From a virus: DNA of 62,861 bases. Every line of letters begins with the position of its first letter. The first letter of the stretch is position 1. Shown here piece after piece: positions 52,929-61,092 of this stretch. The translations under genes and the position numbers were made by a program. The DNA is taken from positions 1-62,861 of IMG/VR virus record IMGVR_UViG_3300034069_000992; one strand, given 5' to 3'. The notes below the pieces were generated by a model. It saw only the letters and a program-made list of their open reading frames with translations, had not been told where the DNA came from and did not search any database.

Positions 52929-53387
52929 TTACTGAAACCTGTTGAAAGTATAGTTCTGAGTTGCCGCGGTGGAAAGAAGGCGCAGCGTACCGGCCACGCG
53001 GCTAGGCGGCCGATAAGAACCGCCGGTGAGGATCGGGAAGCTGTTGGCGCCATTGACCGCTGGCGTGCCCCACGATGCCCACAGCGTCGCGGTCGACGGG
53101 TTCATCACCTCGTAATCGGAATCGCTCGTGAAGGTGAGCGTGACAGTCGTGCCGCTGGTGGCGATCGTGCCGCCGTTCGTCGTCACGGCAGACGGCGGTG
53201 TGTGATACCACGCGCCCGATGCATCGCCGCCGCCGCCGCAATTGACGTAGGCGGTGCCGTTCCACACCAAACATTTGAACGGCGCGGGGTTGGTATCAGT
53301 CTGCGGCTGTCCGGGGCGATAGGTCTGCGCGGCGGCGGTGGCGGGCATCAGCGCGAGCGCGGCGAGCATTAACAACGAACGGAACAT
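52929..53387 (-). CDS. Secreted protein (signal peptide)
   Basis: MFRSLLMLAALALMPATAAA-Q signal peptide; AAGGAGG SD. Confidence 0.65.
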   Translation of the reverse strand: MFRSLLMLAALALMPATAAAQTYRPGQPQTDTNPAPFKCLVWNGTAYVNCGGGGDASGAWYHTPPSAVTTNGGTIATSGTTVTLTFTSDSDYEVMNPSTATLWASWGTPAVNGANSFPILTGGSYRPPSRVAGTLRLLSTAATQNYTFNRFQ

Positions 53388-53463
53388 GGTGCCTCCTTAG
53401 TCGGCTCGACGCTCGAGCGGATGAGAAAACCCCTTTAGCGCAGGCGACGGGCGCTGACACCCA

Positions 53464-53496
53464 TCAACAAAAACGCCGCCCCATTACAGGGCGGCG
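53464..53496 (-). terminator. Intrinsic terminator
   Basis: CGCCGCCC / GGGCGGCG 8-bp stem, 7-nt loop, followed by TTTTTGTT on the minus strand. Confidence 0.8.
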
Positions 53497-53536
53497 TGAG
53501 GATGGAGCGGCATGAGCGCCGCCCCAGGGAGAAGCC

Positions 53537-53710
53537 TTACTTGACCTTGCCGTACGTGCCCTTGAGCAGCGCGGCATCGGTCGCGGGATGCAAGCCGTGG
53601 TGATCCGGCAAAGCGCCTTCGGCGGCAGCGGCAGCGTTATACTGCTTGAAGCCCTGTGGGTTCTGCTGCTTCAGTTTGACCAGGTACGTGGTGACGTCGG
53701 TGATCGGCAT
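53537..53710 (-). CDS. 57-aa hypothetical protein
   Basis: Read by eye (below the track cutoff): AGGAGG SD, MPITDVTTYLVKLKQQNPQGFKQYNAAAAAEGALPDHHGLHPATDAALLKGTYGKVK. Confidence 0.5.
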   Translation of the reverse strand: MPITDVTTYLVKLKQQNPQGFKQYNAAAAAEGALPDHHGLHPATDAALLKGTYGKVK

Positions 53711-54011
53711 GAGATTCCTCCTGTTCCAAGCGGGACCAAGTACGCCGCTTAGCAGTGTCGATGCAATAACCGCGCTCCGTCAAATATGCACCACGCCGGC
53801 GAACGAAATTTGCCATCGCTTTGTTGTCGGGGAAGTGCTCGAAGTAGATCAGGTGCGCAGGATATCTTTGTACGAAGGCGTGATACATCTTCTTCACGCA
53901 CTCCGGCGTCTCGCACCACAGATAGTCCACGTAGATGTGCGGCTCTTCGTACCAGCACATCCGCGCGGCTATCTCACCCTCCCCGTCGTACAGCACTAAG
54001 CTATGCCGCAT
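53637..54011 (-). CDS. Hypothetical protein
   Basis: 124-aa ORF; its 3' end overlaps the 57-aa ORF in another frame. Confidence 0.45.
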   Translation of the reverse strand: MRHSLVLYDGEGEIAARMCWYEEPHIYVDYLWCETPECVKKMYHAFVQRYPAHLIYFEHFPDNKAMANFVRRRGAYLTERGYCIDTAKRRTWSRLEQEESHADHRRHHVPGQTEAAEPTGLQAV

Positions 54012-54014
54012 GGC

Positions 54015-55244
54015 TCAATGCGCCATCGCCGGTGCGTTCGTCGTCATCTGGATGTAAGGCGACGTCGATTTAGGAAGCGCCCGGAACATATAGTTGCCCC
54101 AGCGCGAGCCGCCGCCCCACAGCGTCACACCGTACAGGTTGGGGGAGTCCTTGATCTCCTGCATGATCGACGGCGCCAAGGCAGCGCATGTATCCTTGAT
54201 CTGCGCATCGCTGCCGAACGCATACTCGCCATAGATGATCGGCATCTTGAACGGCACTGCCGCGCGCGCCGCCGACGCGAGGATCACGTACTTGTCGCAG
54301 TTCATGCTCGAGCCAGAGCCATTGGTGTCGAAATAGCGGTGAATGTCGAGCCCGGTCAGATGCAGCGGATCGCTGATCGTACCACCGGGAAGCTTTACCA
54401 TCGCGCATGCAACCGACGCGCAAGCCTTCGGAGCCCTATCACCCTTATCGAAACGCTGCGCTCCGCTCGAGCCGGGATAGTCCAGCCACATAAAGCGGGT
54501 GACACCAGCCGCACGCACACCAGTCACGATCGATTGCGCATCGGTCGCCCACTGATCCCAATTCTTGATGTTTGGTTCGTTCTGCAACCCGTAGTGGATC
54601 AGCGTCGACTTCGGCAGGACGCTATCGGCCTTGATGACTTGTGCGATCTGGATAGCCGGTGCGGGCCATGCATACGAGTGGTTCTCGAAGATGCACGGGG
54701 TTGCCAGCTTGATGCACTCGTTTGCCAGAGCAATCAGCTTCGGCGCGGAATTGTCGAACTGCACGAACTTGAGCGGGATACGGAACATCCGATAGCCCAC
54801 CGCATAGTAGCTATCCATCTCCGCCGGTGTCGGGATGAATTGCCCGTTGTCCATGTTGGCGAACTCGCCGCCCGATAGGTTGATGCCGTACAGCGGTCCG
54901 ACTGGCGCTACAGGCGTGACTACAACCGGGGCAGGCGCAGGCCCGTCGACAACCTTGTACGTGTACCCGCCATCGACGTAGCCGCCGCCAAGCGGGCCAA
55001 GCGGCAGGATCTTGGTGACGCCAGGCATCGTGAAGAAGCCGTTGGCAACCATCCGGTCGATCCATCCTTTCGGCGATCGCTGTGTGAAGGTGCCGTCGCT
55101 ATGGATCGTCTCCACCAACGGCTTGCTGGTTTGAATGATGTCACCCTGCCGGACATTGAGTGTTCCCGGGTGAATCTGCACCGTGTCGGCTAATGCCGGG
55201 CCGGCGATCACCGCCAGCGCAAACGCAATTAAGAACCGAAACAT
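54015..55244 (-). CDS. Secreted glycoside hydrolase family 5 (cellulase-like glycanase)
   Basis: Signal peptide MFRFLIAFALAVIAGPALA-D. GINLSGGEF, acid/base IHYGLQNEPN, nucleophile IIYGEYAF; GGAGG SD. Confidence 0.75.
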   Translation of the reverse strand: MFRFLIAFALAVIAGPALADTVQIHPGTLNVRQGDIIQTSKPLVETIHSDGTFTQRSPKGWIDRMVANGFFTMPGVTKILPLGPLGGGYVDGGYTYKVVDGPAPAPVVVTPVAPVGPLYGINLSGGEFANMDNGQFIPTPAEMDSYYAVGYRMFRIPLKFVQFDNSAPKLIALANECIKLATPCIFENHSYAWPAPAIQIAQVIKADSVLPKSTLIHYGLQNEPNIKNWDQWATDAQSIVTGVRAAGVTRFMWLDYPGSSGAQRFDKGDRAPKACASVACAMVKLPGGTISDPLHLTGLDIHRYFDTNGSGSSMNCDKYVILASAARAAVPFKMPIIYGEYAFGSDAQIKDTCAALAPSIMQEIKDSPNLYGVTLWGGGSRWGNYMFRALPKSTSPYIQMTTNAPAMAH

Positions 55245-55255
55245 TCCTTACCTCC

Positions 55256-55289
55256 ATAGAAAAAGCCGCCCCATCTCTGGAGCGGCTTT
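55256..55289 (-). terminator. Intrinsic terminator after the capsid genes
   Basis: AAAGCCGC / GCGGCTTT stem, followed by TTCTATGG on the minus strand. Confidence 0.7.
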
Positions 55290-55316
55290 AACGTCATTCC
55301 CGAAAGCACGATAGGC

Positions 55317-55823
55317 TTACGCCGCCGGGGCAGCCGTCCGCTTGGGGCCGGTGTTCCGCTTGGGCGCAGCGGGCGGTGCATCGTCGTCGCCGCTGTCCGT
55401 GTCCACCTCTACGGGCGGAGCCGCATCGCCGGCGTCGCTGGTGCGCACGCCATCGGTAAAGCCTTCGGCATCGCCCTCCACGCGATCACGGTCCGGCCAT
55501 GCGGTCGAAGAACGGCTATCGAGCGCGCTCGGAGCCTTGCCGCCCTCATCGTCCTGCTGTGCGAACTGTTCGGTACGCTCCGCCGCCTTGGTGCCCAGCG
55601 CGTTCGGATCGCGCTCCGGCTCATCCTTGGTGTCGTCTTCCGCGTCCTTCGTCTCGTCGAAGTCTTCGATCAGGCCGCGCTCGTGCGCGTACTTCGCTTC
55701 GGCGAGCGTGAGCAGCGGTTCGCTGTGCTGCTTATCGCTGTGCTTCGGATCGACATACAGGATCGAACCGGTGGTCGGGCTGTTGAACGTACCGTGAGCC
55801 TTGGCTTTGGTCTGGATCTTCAT
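55317..55823 (-). CDS. Acidic hypothetical head-module protein
   Basis: ATG 55823 with GGAAGGAAG SD (MKIQTKAKAHGTF...). Confidence 0.5.
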   Translation of the reverse strand: MKIQTKAKAHGTFNSPTTGSILYVDPKHSDKQHSEPLLTLAEAKYAHERGLIEDFDETKDAEDDTKDEPERDPNALGTKAAERTEQFAQQDDEGGKAPSALDSRSSTAWPDRDRVEGDAEGFTDGVRTSDAGDAAPPVEVDTDSGDDDAPPAAPKRNTGPKRTAAPAA

Positions 55824-55899
55824 CGCGCTTCCTTCCTTTGAAAAAGGCCCGGACGATGCGCTCATCCGGGCCTGTGTCACCTATCCTAGCAGACCCGCC

Positions 55900-56964
55900 T
55901 TACGACGTCGCGCGGGCGCTCATCAGCGCCTTCGGGAAGATGCACGCATACAGCGGATATGCGCGCAAGAAGACGTCGATGAAGGCCGGCATCTGATCGT
56001 GCGTGTCCGGCTGGATGTAGAGGTACTCCGGCCGACCGGGCTGATCGATGTCGAGCAGCGTTTCGCCCGGCGCCCAATACGCCTTGAAGACGTCGACCGC
56101 GTTGACCGGGAAGAAGCGGGCCTCGAGGAACGGCACGGCGATCGCGCTGTTGCGCGTGCCCTGATAGTTCATCCAGCGGATACCGGCGAAGTCCACCTCC
56201 ATCCACATATTCGGCTGAACCAGCGGGTTGGTCGCGCGTGCGATCGCCTGCGCCTGCATCTGCAACTGGTAGATGTTGCGGAAGCCGGGGTGCGTCATCA
56301 GCTTCGCCCAGAAGCCATCGCCGACCAAGCAACCGACGTAGACGGCTGGCGTGTACCGCCCGCTGTCCTGGAGCGTGATGGTGATCGGGCGCAGGAACGT
56401 GTCCTGGAAGAACTGCATAAGCTGCGCTTCCGGGATGTTGGCGAAGTCGACGTTGACGACAGCCGGCGCCGAGATGCCGAACGTGTCGAAGAAGTCGGCG
56501 ATCACCGATACGCCATCGGCGTCGAGCACCTTGCCCTGGATGGCGCCGAAGCGATGAAGTTCCTTCGTCATCTCCAGACGCGACTTCATCTTTGCGGTGC
56601 GGCGCGTGAGCAATTCGCCCAGGTTGCGCGCGCGGATGGTGTCCGGGAGCGCCACGTTGGCGACGCCGATCAGTTCGCCGGCGCGGATGCTGTCGACCTG
56701 GCGAAGCGCCGTCGTCTTGATCGACCGCAGACGGCCAACGTCACGAACCTGCCGGATGTCGGGCGTGCCGCGTTCGGTGGTCGGGACCAACGTGATGACG
56801 TTGTCCTGCTCGTACAACTGCACGATGGGCGTATCGATCGGCTCCGGCTCGAAGATGCCCATGTTGCCCAGCGCCTGCGGGACATAGGTGGTCGCACCAG
56901 CAACGCGCTGGAGATTGACGTACGAGAAGAGATCGTTGCGTACGATGTCGAGAGAGAGTTCCAT
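55900..56964 (-). CDS. Major capsid protein, lambda gpE-like
   Basis: 354 aa; position after a gpD-like gene; N-terminus and length as in the gpE family. Confidence 0.75.
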   Translation of the reverse strand: MELSLDIVRNDLFSYVNLQRVAGATTYVPQALGNMGIFEPEPIDTPIVQLYEQDNVITLVPTTERGTPDIRQVRDVGRLRSIKTTALRQVDSIRAGELIGVANVALPDTIRARNLGELLTRRTAKMKSRLEMTKELHRFGAIQGKVLDADGVSVIADFFDTFGISAPAVVNVDFANIPEAQLMQFFQDTFLRPITITLQDSGRYTPAVYVGCLVGDGFWAKLMTHPGFRNIYQLQMQAQAIARATNPLVQPNMWMEVDFAGIRWMNYQGTRNSAIAVPFLEARFFPVNAVDVFKAYWAPGETLLDIDQPGRPEYLYIQPDTHDQMPAFIDVFLRAYPLYACIFPKALMSARATS

Positions 56965-57030
56965 GCTGACCTTCCTTTTGCTGTCGGAGGAACCCTCCCC
57001 GCGACGCCTTTGCTGTTTAAGTAGTTGCGA

Positions 57031-57423
57031 TCAGTTGCCGGGGATGATGCCCTGTGCAGCCATCGCGGACTCGATCACTGCACGCTGCGGACCGGTGACG
57101 GCGTTCTCATAGTACAGCAGGTTGCTGTTGATGGTCGCCTCACGGACCGTGAGAGCGCCACGCTGAGCGTTCGCGCTGGCGTAACGATGCGACCAGTTGA
57201 TCGCGGCGAAGTTCTGCGATCCATCGGTCGCGGCGGGATCGAGCGACTTGTAGATGCCGGTCGCGGTGATCTTCCCGAGCACCTCACCAACTCGATAGTC
57301 CGTGGCCTTTGCTGCAAGCGTGCCCTGCACATTGGTCCGGTTGTTATCGAAGTTGCCGATCATGAAGGCGCCGGAACCCTGCGGACCGTCGACCGGAATG
57401 TTGTCGCGTAGCGGAGCAGTCAT
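57031..57423 (-). CDS. Head decoration protein, lambda gpD-like
   Basis: 130 aa; GEVLGKITATGIYKSLDPAATDGSQNFAAI pattern and synteny. Confidence 0.65.
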   Translation of the reverse strand: MTAPLRDNIPVDGPQGSGAFMIGNFDNNRTNVQGTLAAKATDYRVGEVLGKITATGIYKSLDPAATDGSQNFAAINWSHRYASANAQRGALTVREATINSNLLYYENAVTGPQRAVIESAMAAQGIIPGN

Positions 57424-57465
57424 TGTCTTTCACCTTTCCTGGTGGCGTCTGGGAAAGCCCCAGGG

Positions 57466-58038
57466 TTAATTGCCGGTCCGACGAACGCCGGATGCGAGAT
57501 CGCCACCGAACGGCGACGTGACGGAAGCTGATGCGCCGTTGATCTGAGCATCCCAGAACTTCGTCGCATCGACGGGCGCCTCGGCCTCACCACCGTTCGC
57601 ACCAGCGCCGACCGTGATGATCGGGGTCTCGGCAAGCGGTACGGTGATCGCCGGGGTGGCAGCCGCCGGGGCCGGTGCGGCAGCAGCGGCAGCAGCGGGC
57701 AGGGTACCGAGATGCGCGATGATCTGGTCTGCCGTGGCGTTCGGAGTGGTGTTGAGCATGAAAGCCGCCATCGAAGGGTTGGCCTTGCCGGCGTCGCTGG
57801 CGAGCACGGCTGCGGTACGGGTGCGCTCTGCGGTGGCACCGCGGATTTCGGCATCGGCGACTGCGGCGTTGGCATCTGCCAGCGTCACGACGTCGACCGT
57901 GTCATCGGCCTGCGCAGCCGTGGCGGCGGGGGCCGGCGCAGGCGCGGGCGGCGCCGGCGGCGTGATTACGGCGGGAGCGGCAGCAGCGGCCGCGGCAACG
58001 CGGGCTGCTGCGAACGGTAGCAAACGGTGGGACGTCAT
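57466..58038 (-). CDS. Scaffolding-like protein (Ala/Pro-rich)
   Basis: ATG 58038 with AAGGAAAGG SD; lies between the protease and the decoration gene. Confidence 0.5.
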   Translation of the reverse strand: MTSHRLLPFAAARVAAAAAAAPAVITPPAPPAPAPAPAATAAQADDTVDVVTLADANAAVADAEIRGATAERTRTAAVLASDAGKANPSMAAFMLNTTPNATADQIIAHLGTLPAAAAAAAPAPAAATPAITVPLAETPIITVGAGANGGEAEAPVDATKFWDAQINGASASVTSPFGGDLASGVRRTGN

Positions 58039-58055
58039 CGTGACCGGGCCTTTCC

Positions 58056-59012
58056 TTATTGAGCGATCAGTTGCTCGAGTTTGGCCCATGCTTCGGGCAT
58101 GGACAGAACATCATTTACTAAGCCGGTGGCCCTGGCGTCAGGGCCGATATAATCTAACCCTTGCGTTCCCGCTACAGCGGATATTGACAAGCGGGGTTGG
58201 TACTTAGCTACGCGGCCGACGAAGACGCTGCCGAGATACTCGATCTGCTTTTGGATGCGTTCGACCTCTGCCGTCGGCAAAGTCTCCACCCCGCCCATGC
58301 CGAGCGCCTTGCCTGGCGCTGAGCGGAACACGGTGACGTCGATGCCTTCCTCGTCAAGCATGCGCGAGAGATCCGCGTACAGCGTGATGCAGCCGATCGA
58401 GCCGACGCCGCCGGTCTCATTGACGTACATCTCATCGCAGGCCGCGCCGATCCAGTAGGCGGCGCTGTACGCATAGTCGCCAGCGAAGGCGTGAATCGGC
58501 TTGCCGCCGAAGCGTGCCGAGCAATTGTAGATGAAGTCGCCGCACTCGAGCAGCCCGTCCACCGTGCCACCGCCGCTGTTGATGTGAAGGAAGATCGCCT
58601 TCACCATCGGGTCGCGCTGCGCAAAGTCGATCGACGTCATGATGCCGTCGTAGCCCGTCATACCCGAGAACGGACCGATTCCCCAGGTACGGCACAGCGT
58701 GCCCCACACTTGGATGATCGCGATGCCGGACGGCGAGATCTCGTACGGCCGATCGCCATACCAGCCGTCGGGGCTCCGCGCCGGCTCCGGCAGGTTCGGG
58801 ATGCCGGCGATCGCATTGCGCCGGGCCTGCGCCGCGACGTCGACCAGATCACCGCGCTCGAGCCGCCCGCCGGCTTCCGACATCCGCTCGTAGCTGGCGA
58901 TGTTGAGACGATTGGCGAGCACCGCGCAAATCGTCTCAGCCTTCTTCTCATGGATGCACAGCGGATTGTTGAGCAAGGTTTGCGCCACGAGGGGCAGGAA
59001 CACGGCCATCAA
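58056..59012 (-). CDS. Head maturation protease, S49 (SppA/ClpP-like, lambda gpC family)
   Basis: KAIFLHINSGGGTVDG...AYSAAYWI pattern. Confidence 0.8.
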   Translation of the reverse strand: MMAVFLPLVAQTLLNNPLCIHEKKAETICAVLANRLNIASYERMSEAGGRLERGDLVDVAAQARRNAIAGIPNLPEPARSPDGWYGDRPYEISPSGIAIIQVWGTLCRTWGIGPFSGMTGYDGIMTSIDFAQRDPMVKAIFLHINSGGGTVDGLLECGDFIYNCSARFGGKPIHAFAGDYAYSAAYWIGAACDEMYVNETGGVGSIGCITLYADLSRMLDEEGIDVTVFRSAPGKALGMGGVETLPTAEVERIQKQIEYLGSVFVGRVAKYQPRLSISAVAGTQGLDYIGPDARATGLVNDVLSMPEAWAKLEQLIAQ

Positions 59013-60817
59013 TCATCTCCCTCGTCAGTTACGCCGTCGCCATCGCCGTCCTTTTGTGTGGCGTCGATAGGCTTTTTCTTGTCGGCGGATGTGCCGCCGC
59101 CGTCATCCGTCTGCCCCTGCGGATCGTCGGCGACTGCGGTGCCCGGCGCGAGCGGATCGAGCGTGAAGCCGCGATCCTCCGCCATGGCGCGCTCTTCCTC
59201 GATGTCGTCGAAGGTTTCCTCAATGTCGCCGCCGTCCATCTCGCCACGCGATTCGGTCCGGCTCTTCATCTTGATCTCGAGCATCGTCTTGAGCGCATTG
59301 GCCTCCTTCTGCGGATCGATCCAGCCCATGCCCGGGCCAGTCCACATGCACGCGGTGTATGCGCCGCGATTCTCCTGGAACGGCGGAGCGCCTGGCGGCA
59401 GCGGGATCTTACCGGTGGCGATGCCCTCTTCCACCACTGCCGAGTAGATCAGCTTGGCGACGTGCGCGGTGAAGAACTTGCGCAACGTCAGCACGCTCCG
59501 CCACACCTCCAGCAGCGCAGCGCGCGCCGCTGAGTAGTTGGCGTCGCTGAAGTTCATCGATAGCTGCTCGAAAGAAATGCCGAGCGCGGACGCGAACTCC
59601 CGCAGGAAGTTGTTGCGGAACGCGGTCGGATCTCCGGTGGCGCGATTGACCGCCGACATGACGATCTTATCGCCCGGCGGCATCACCGGGATTCGCGCAC
59701 CACCGATTCGGATCTTGGCCTTCTCGTAGTACGGCACCTTGCGCTTGAGGAAGTCGTCGGTGACAGCCCCGGCCGGGGCAATGTTCTCCGCCACCGTGTC
59801 GGCGCTGTTCGACGTCTCGATGTAGTTGGCGAGCACCTGGTTGACGATCGCCGCGCCGACGTTGGCATCGTCGAACGTGTCGATCATGCCCGTCTTGCGC
59901 AGCACCGTGACGAGTTTGGTGATGCCGCGCATCTGCCCGCCGCGCGTCTTCTGGAAGAAGTGGAAGCCGATCGCGCGCCCCCACCGCGTCTCGCGCGGGA
60001 CGAAGGTGTACTGCGCGTCATCGACGGTGAGCAGCCCTTCGCTCGGATGCTTGTTCGCAACCCAGAATCCGATCATGCGCCCGTCACGATCGAGTTTTTT
60101 GCCCTCGAAGACGTCGTATCCGTCGGTGGCGTACGTCTTGCCGACCTGATCCGGCGGGGTTTCGATGCGATCAGGATCAAGGATCGTCACATAGGTCGCG
60201 TAGCGCGCGCCGTATTTCGCCTTGCGCGCCTCGTCATAGTGGATGATGCCCGCGCACTCGCCGTCCGGTCCGACAAGGTTCCGGAAAGCCATCCACATCA
60301 TGCCGCCGAAATTGTAATGCCCCTCGGCATCCTGGAGCAGTCGATCGTCGTCTGCCCAATCGCGGAACACGCGCTCGCACGCTTTGGCGAAAGGCTTTTT
60401 CGTCTTCCACCCTTCGTCGTCGTCGACACCGTCTTTGATGAGCCCAAGCAGATGCCAGTCCGGTTGCGCGTGTACGCGCAGCGCCGGGCCAACCACCATA
60501 TCGGCTTTGCGATCGAGGCCGCCCCGGATGTGCTCACTGGTGCGCTCGGCATGGCGTGCAAGCCGGGTGGCGTCGCGCCGCGCCATCTTGCCCTCTTGCC
60601 GGGCAGACAGCTTGGGCGGCGTGTACTGTACCTGCCCGGCAAACGCCTCGAGGTTCTTGAACAGGCCGCCCGCCGCGCCGCCGCCGAGCGCGCCCGGCCC
60701 CGGATCACCGTTGACGCTCGTCGGTGAGATCCGCGCCTCCGGCGTTGCGGTGGCCGCGCCGCCGCTCATCGTGAACGGGGTGCCAAGGGAGGGCATGACT
60801 GCGGTGGTGATGTTCAT
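59009..60817 (-). CDS. Portal protein, lambda gpB family
   Basis: 602 aa between gpW-like and the S49 protease; acidic C-terminus. Confidence 0.8.
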   Translation of the reverse strand: MNITTAVMPSLGTPFTMSGGAATATPEARISPTSVNGDPGPGALGGGAAGGLFKNLEAFAGQVQYTPPKLSARQEGKMARRDATRLARHAERTSEHIRGGLDRKADMVVGPALRVHAQPDWHLLGLIKDGVDDDEGWKTKKPFAKACERVFRDWADDDRLLQDAEGHYNFGGMMWMAFRNLVGPDGECAGIIHYDEARKAKYGARYATYVTILDPDRIETPPDQVGKTYATDGYDVFEGKKLDRDGRMIGFWVANKHPSEGLLTVDDAQYTFVPRETRWGRAIGFHFFQKTRGGQMRGITKLVTVLRKTGMIDTFDDANVGAAIVNQVLANYIETSNSADTVAENIAPAGAVTDDFLKRKVPYYEKAKIRIGGARIPVMPPGDKIVMSAVNRATGDPTAFRNNFLREFASALGISFEQLSMNFSDANYSAARAALLEVWRSVLTLRKFFTAHVAKLIYSAVVEEGIATGKIPLPPGAPPFQENRGAYTACMWTGPGMGWIDPQKEANALKTMLEIKMKSRTESRGEMDGGDIEETFDDIEEERAMAEDRGFTLDPLAPGTAVADDPQGQTDDGGGTSADKKKPIDATQKDGDGDGVTDEGDD

Positions 60818-61092
60818 GGGAATCCGATCTCTACTGCGATTGCGCTGCCGCCCGTTCCATCACCGATCGGAAGGCCGCGGCGGCGGGCCTCCGCCATCAT
60901 CTCACGCAACTCGACGTCGATCGCCTGGCGCTGATCTTTTGTTGAGCCGAACTCGATCAGCCGCCCCTCACCCTGCACCTTGCGGATCATCGCAGTCTCG
61001 CCCGCGAGCGTTTGCTTGCGTGCGGTGACGTACGATCGGATCTCTTCGATGAGCGCTTGGTCGCTATAAAAGTTTGGCCCGTAGAGGTTCAT
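60814..61092 (-). CDS. Head-tail joining protein gpW-like
   Basis: 92 aa, between TerL and the portal gene exactly as lambda W; overlaps on both sides. Confidence 0.6.
   Translation of the reverse strand: MNLYGPNFYSDQALIEEIRSYVTARKQTLAGETAMIRKVQGEGRLIEFGSTKDQRQAIDVELREMMAEARRRGLPIGDGTGGSAIAVEIGFP

Noticed and set aside
55905-55935. CUGAUGAG on the minus strand (rc of 55918-55925), a possible fourth hammerhead
   Set aside because: It lies inside the last codons of the major capsid gene (…ALMSARATS). There is no CGAAA box and no stems I, II or III in the required arrangement.
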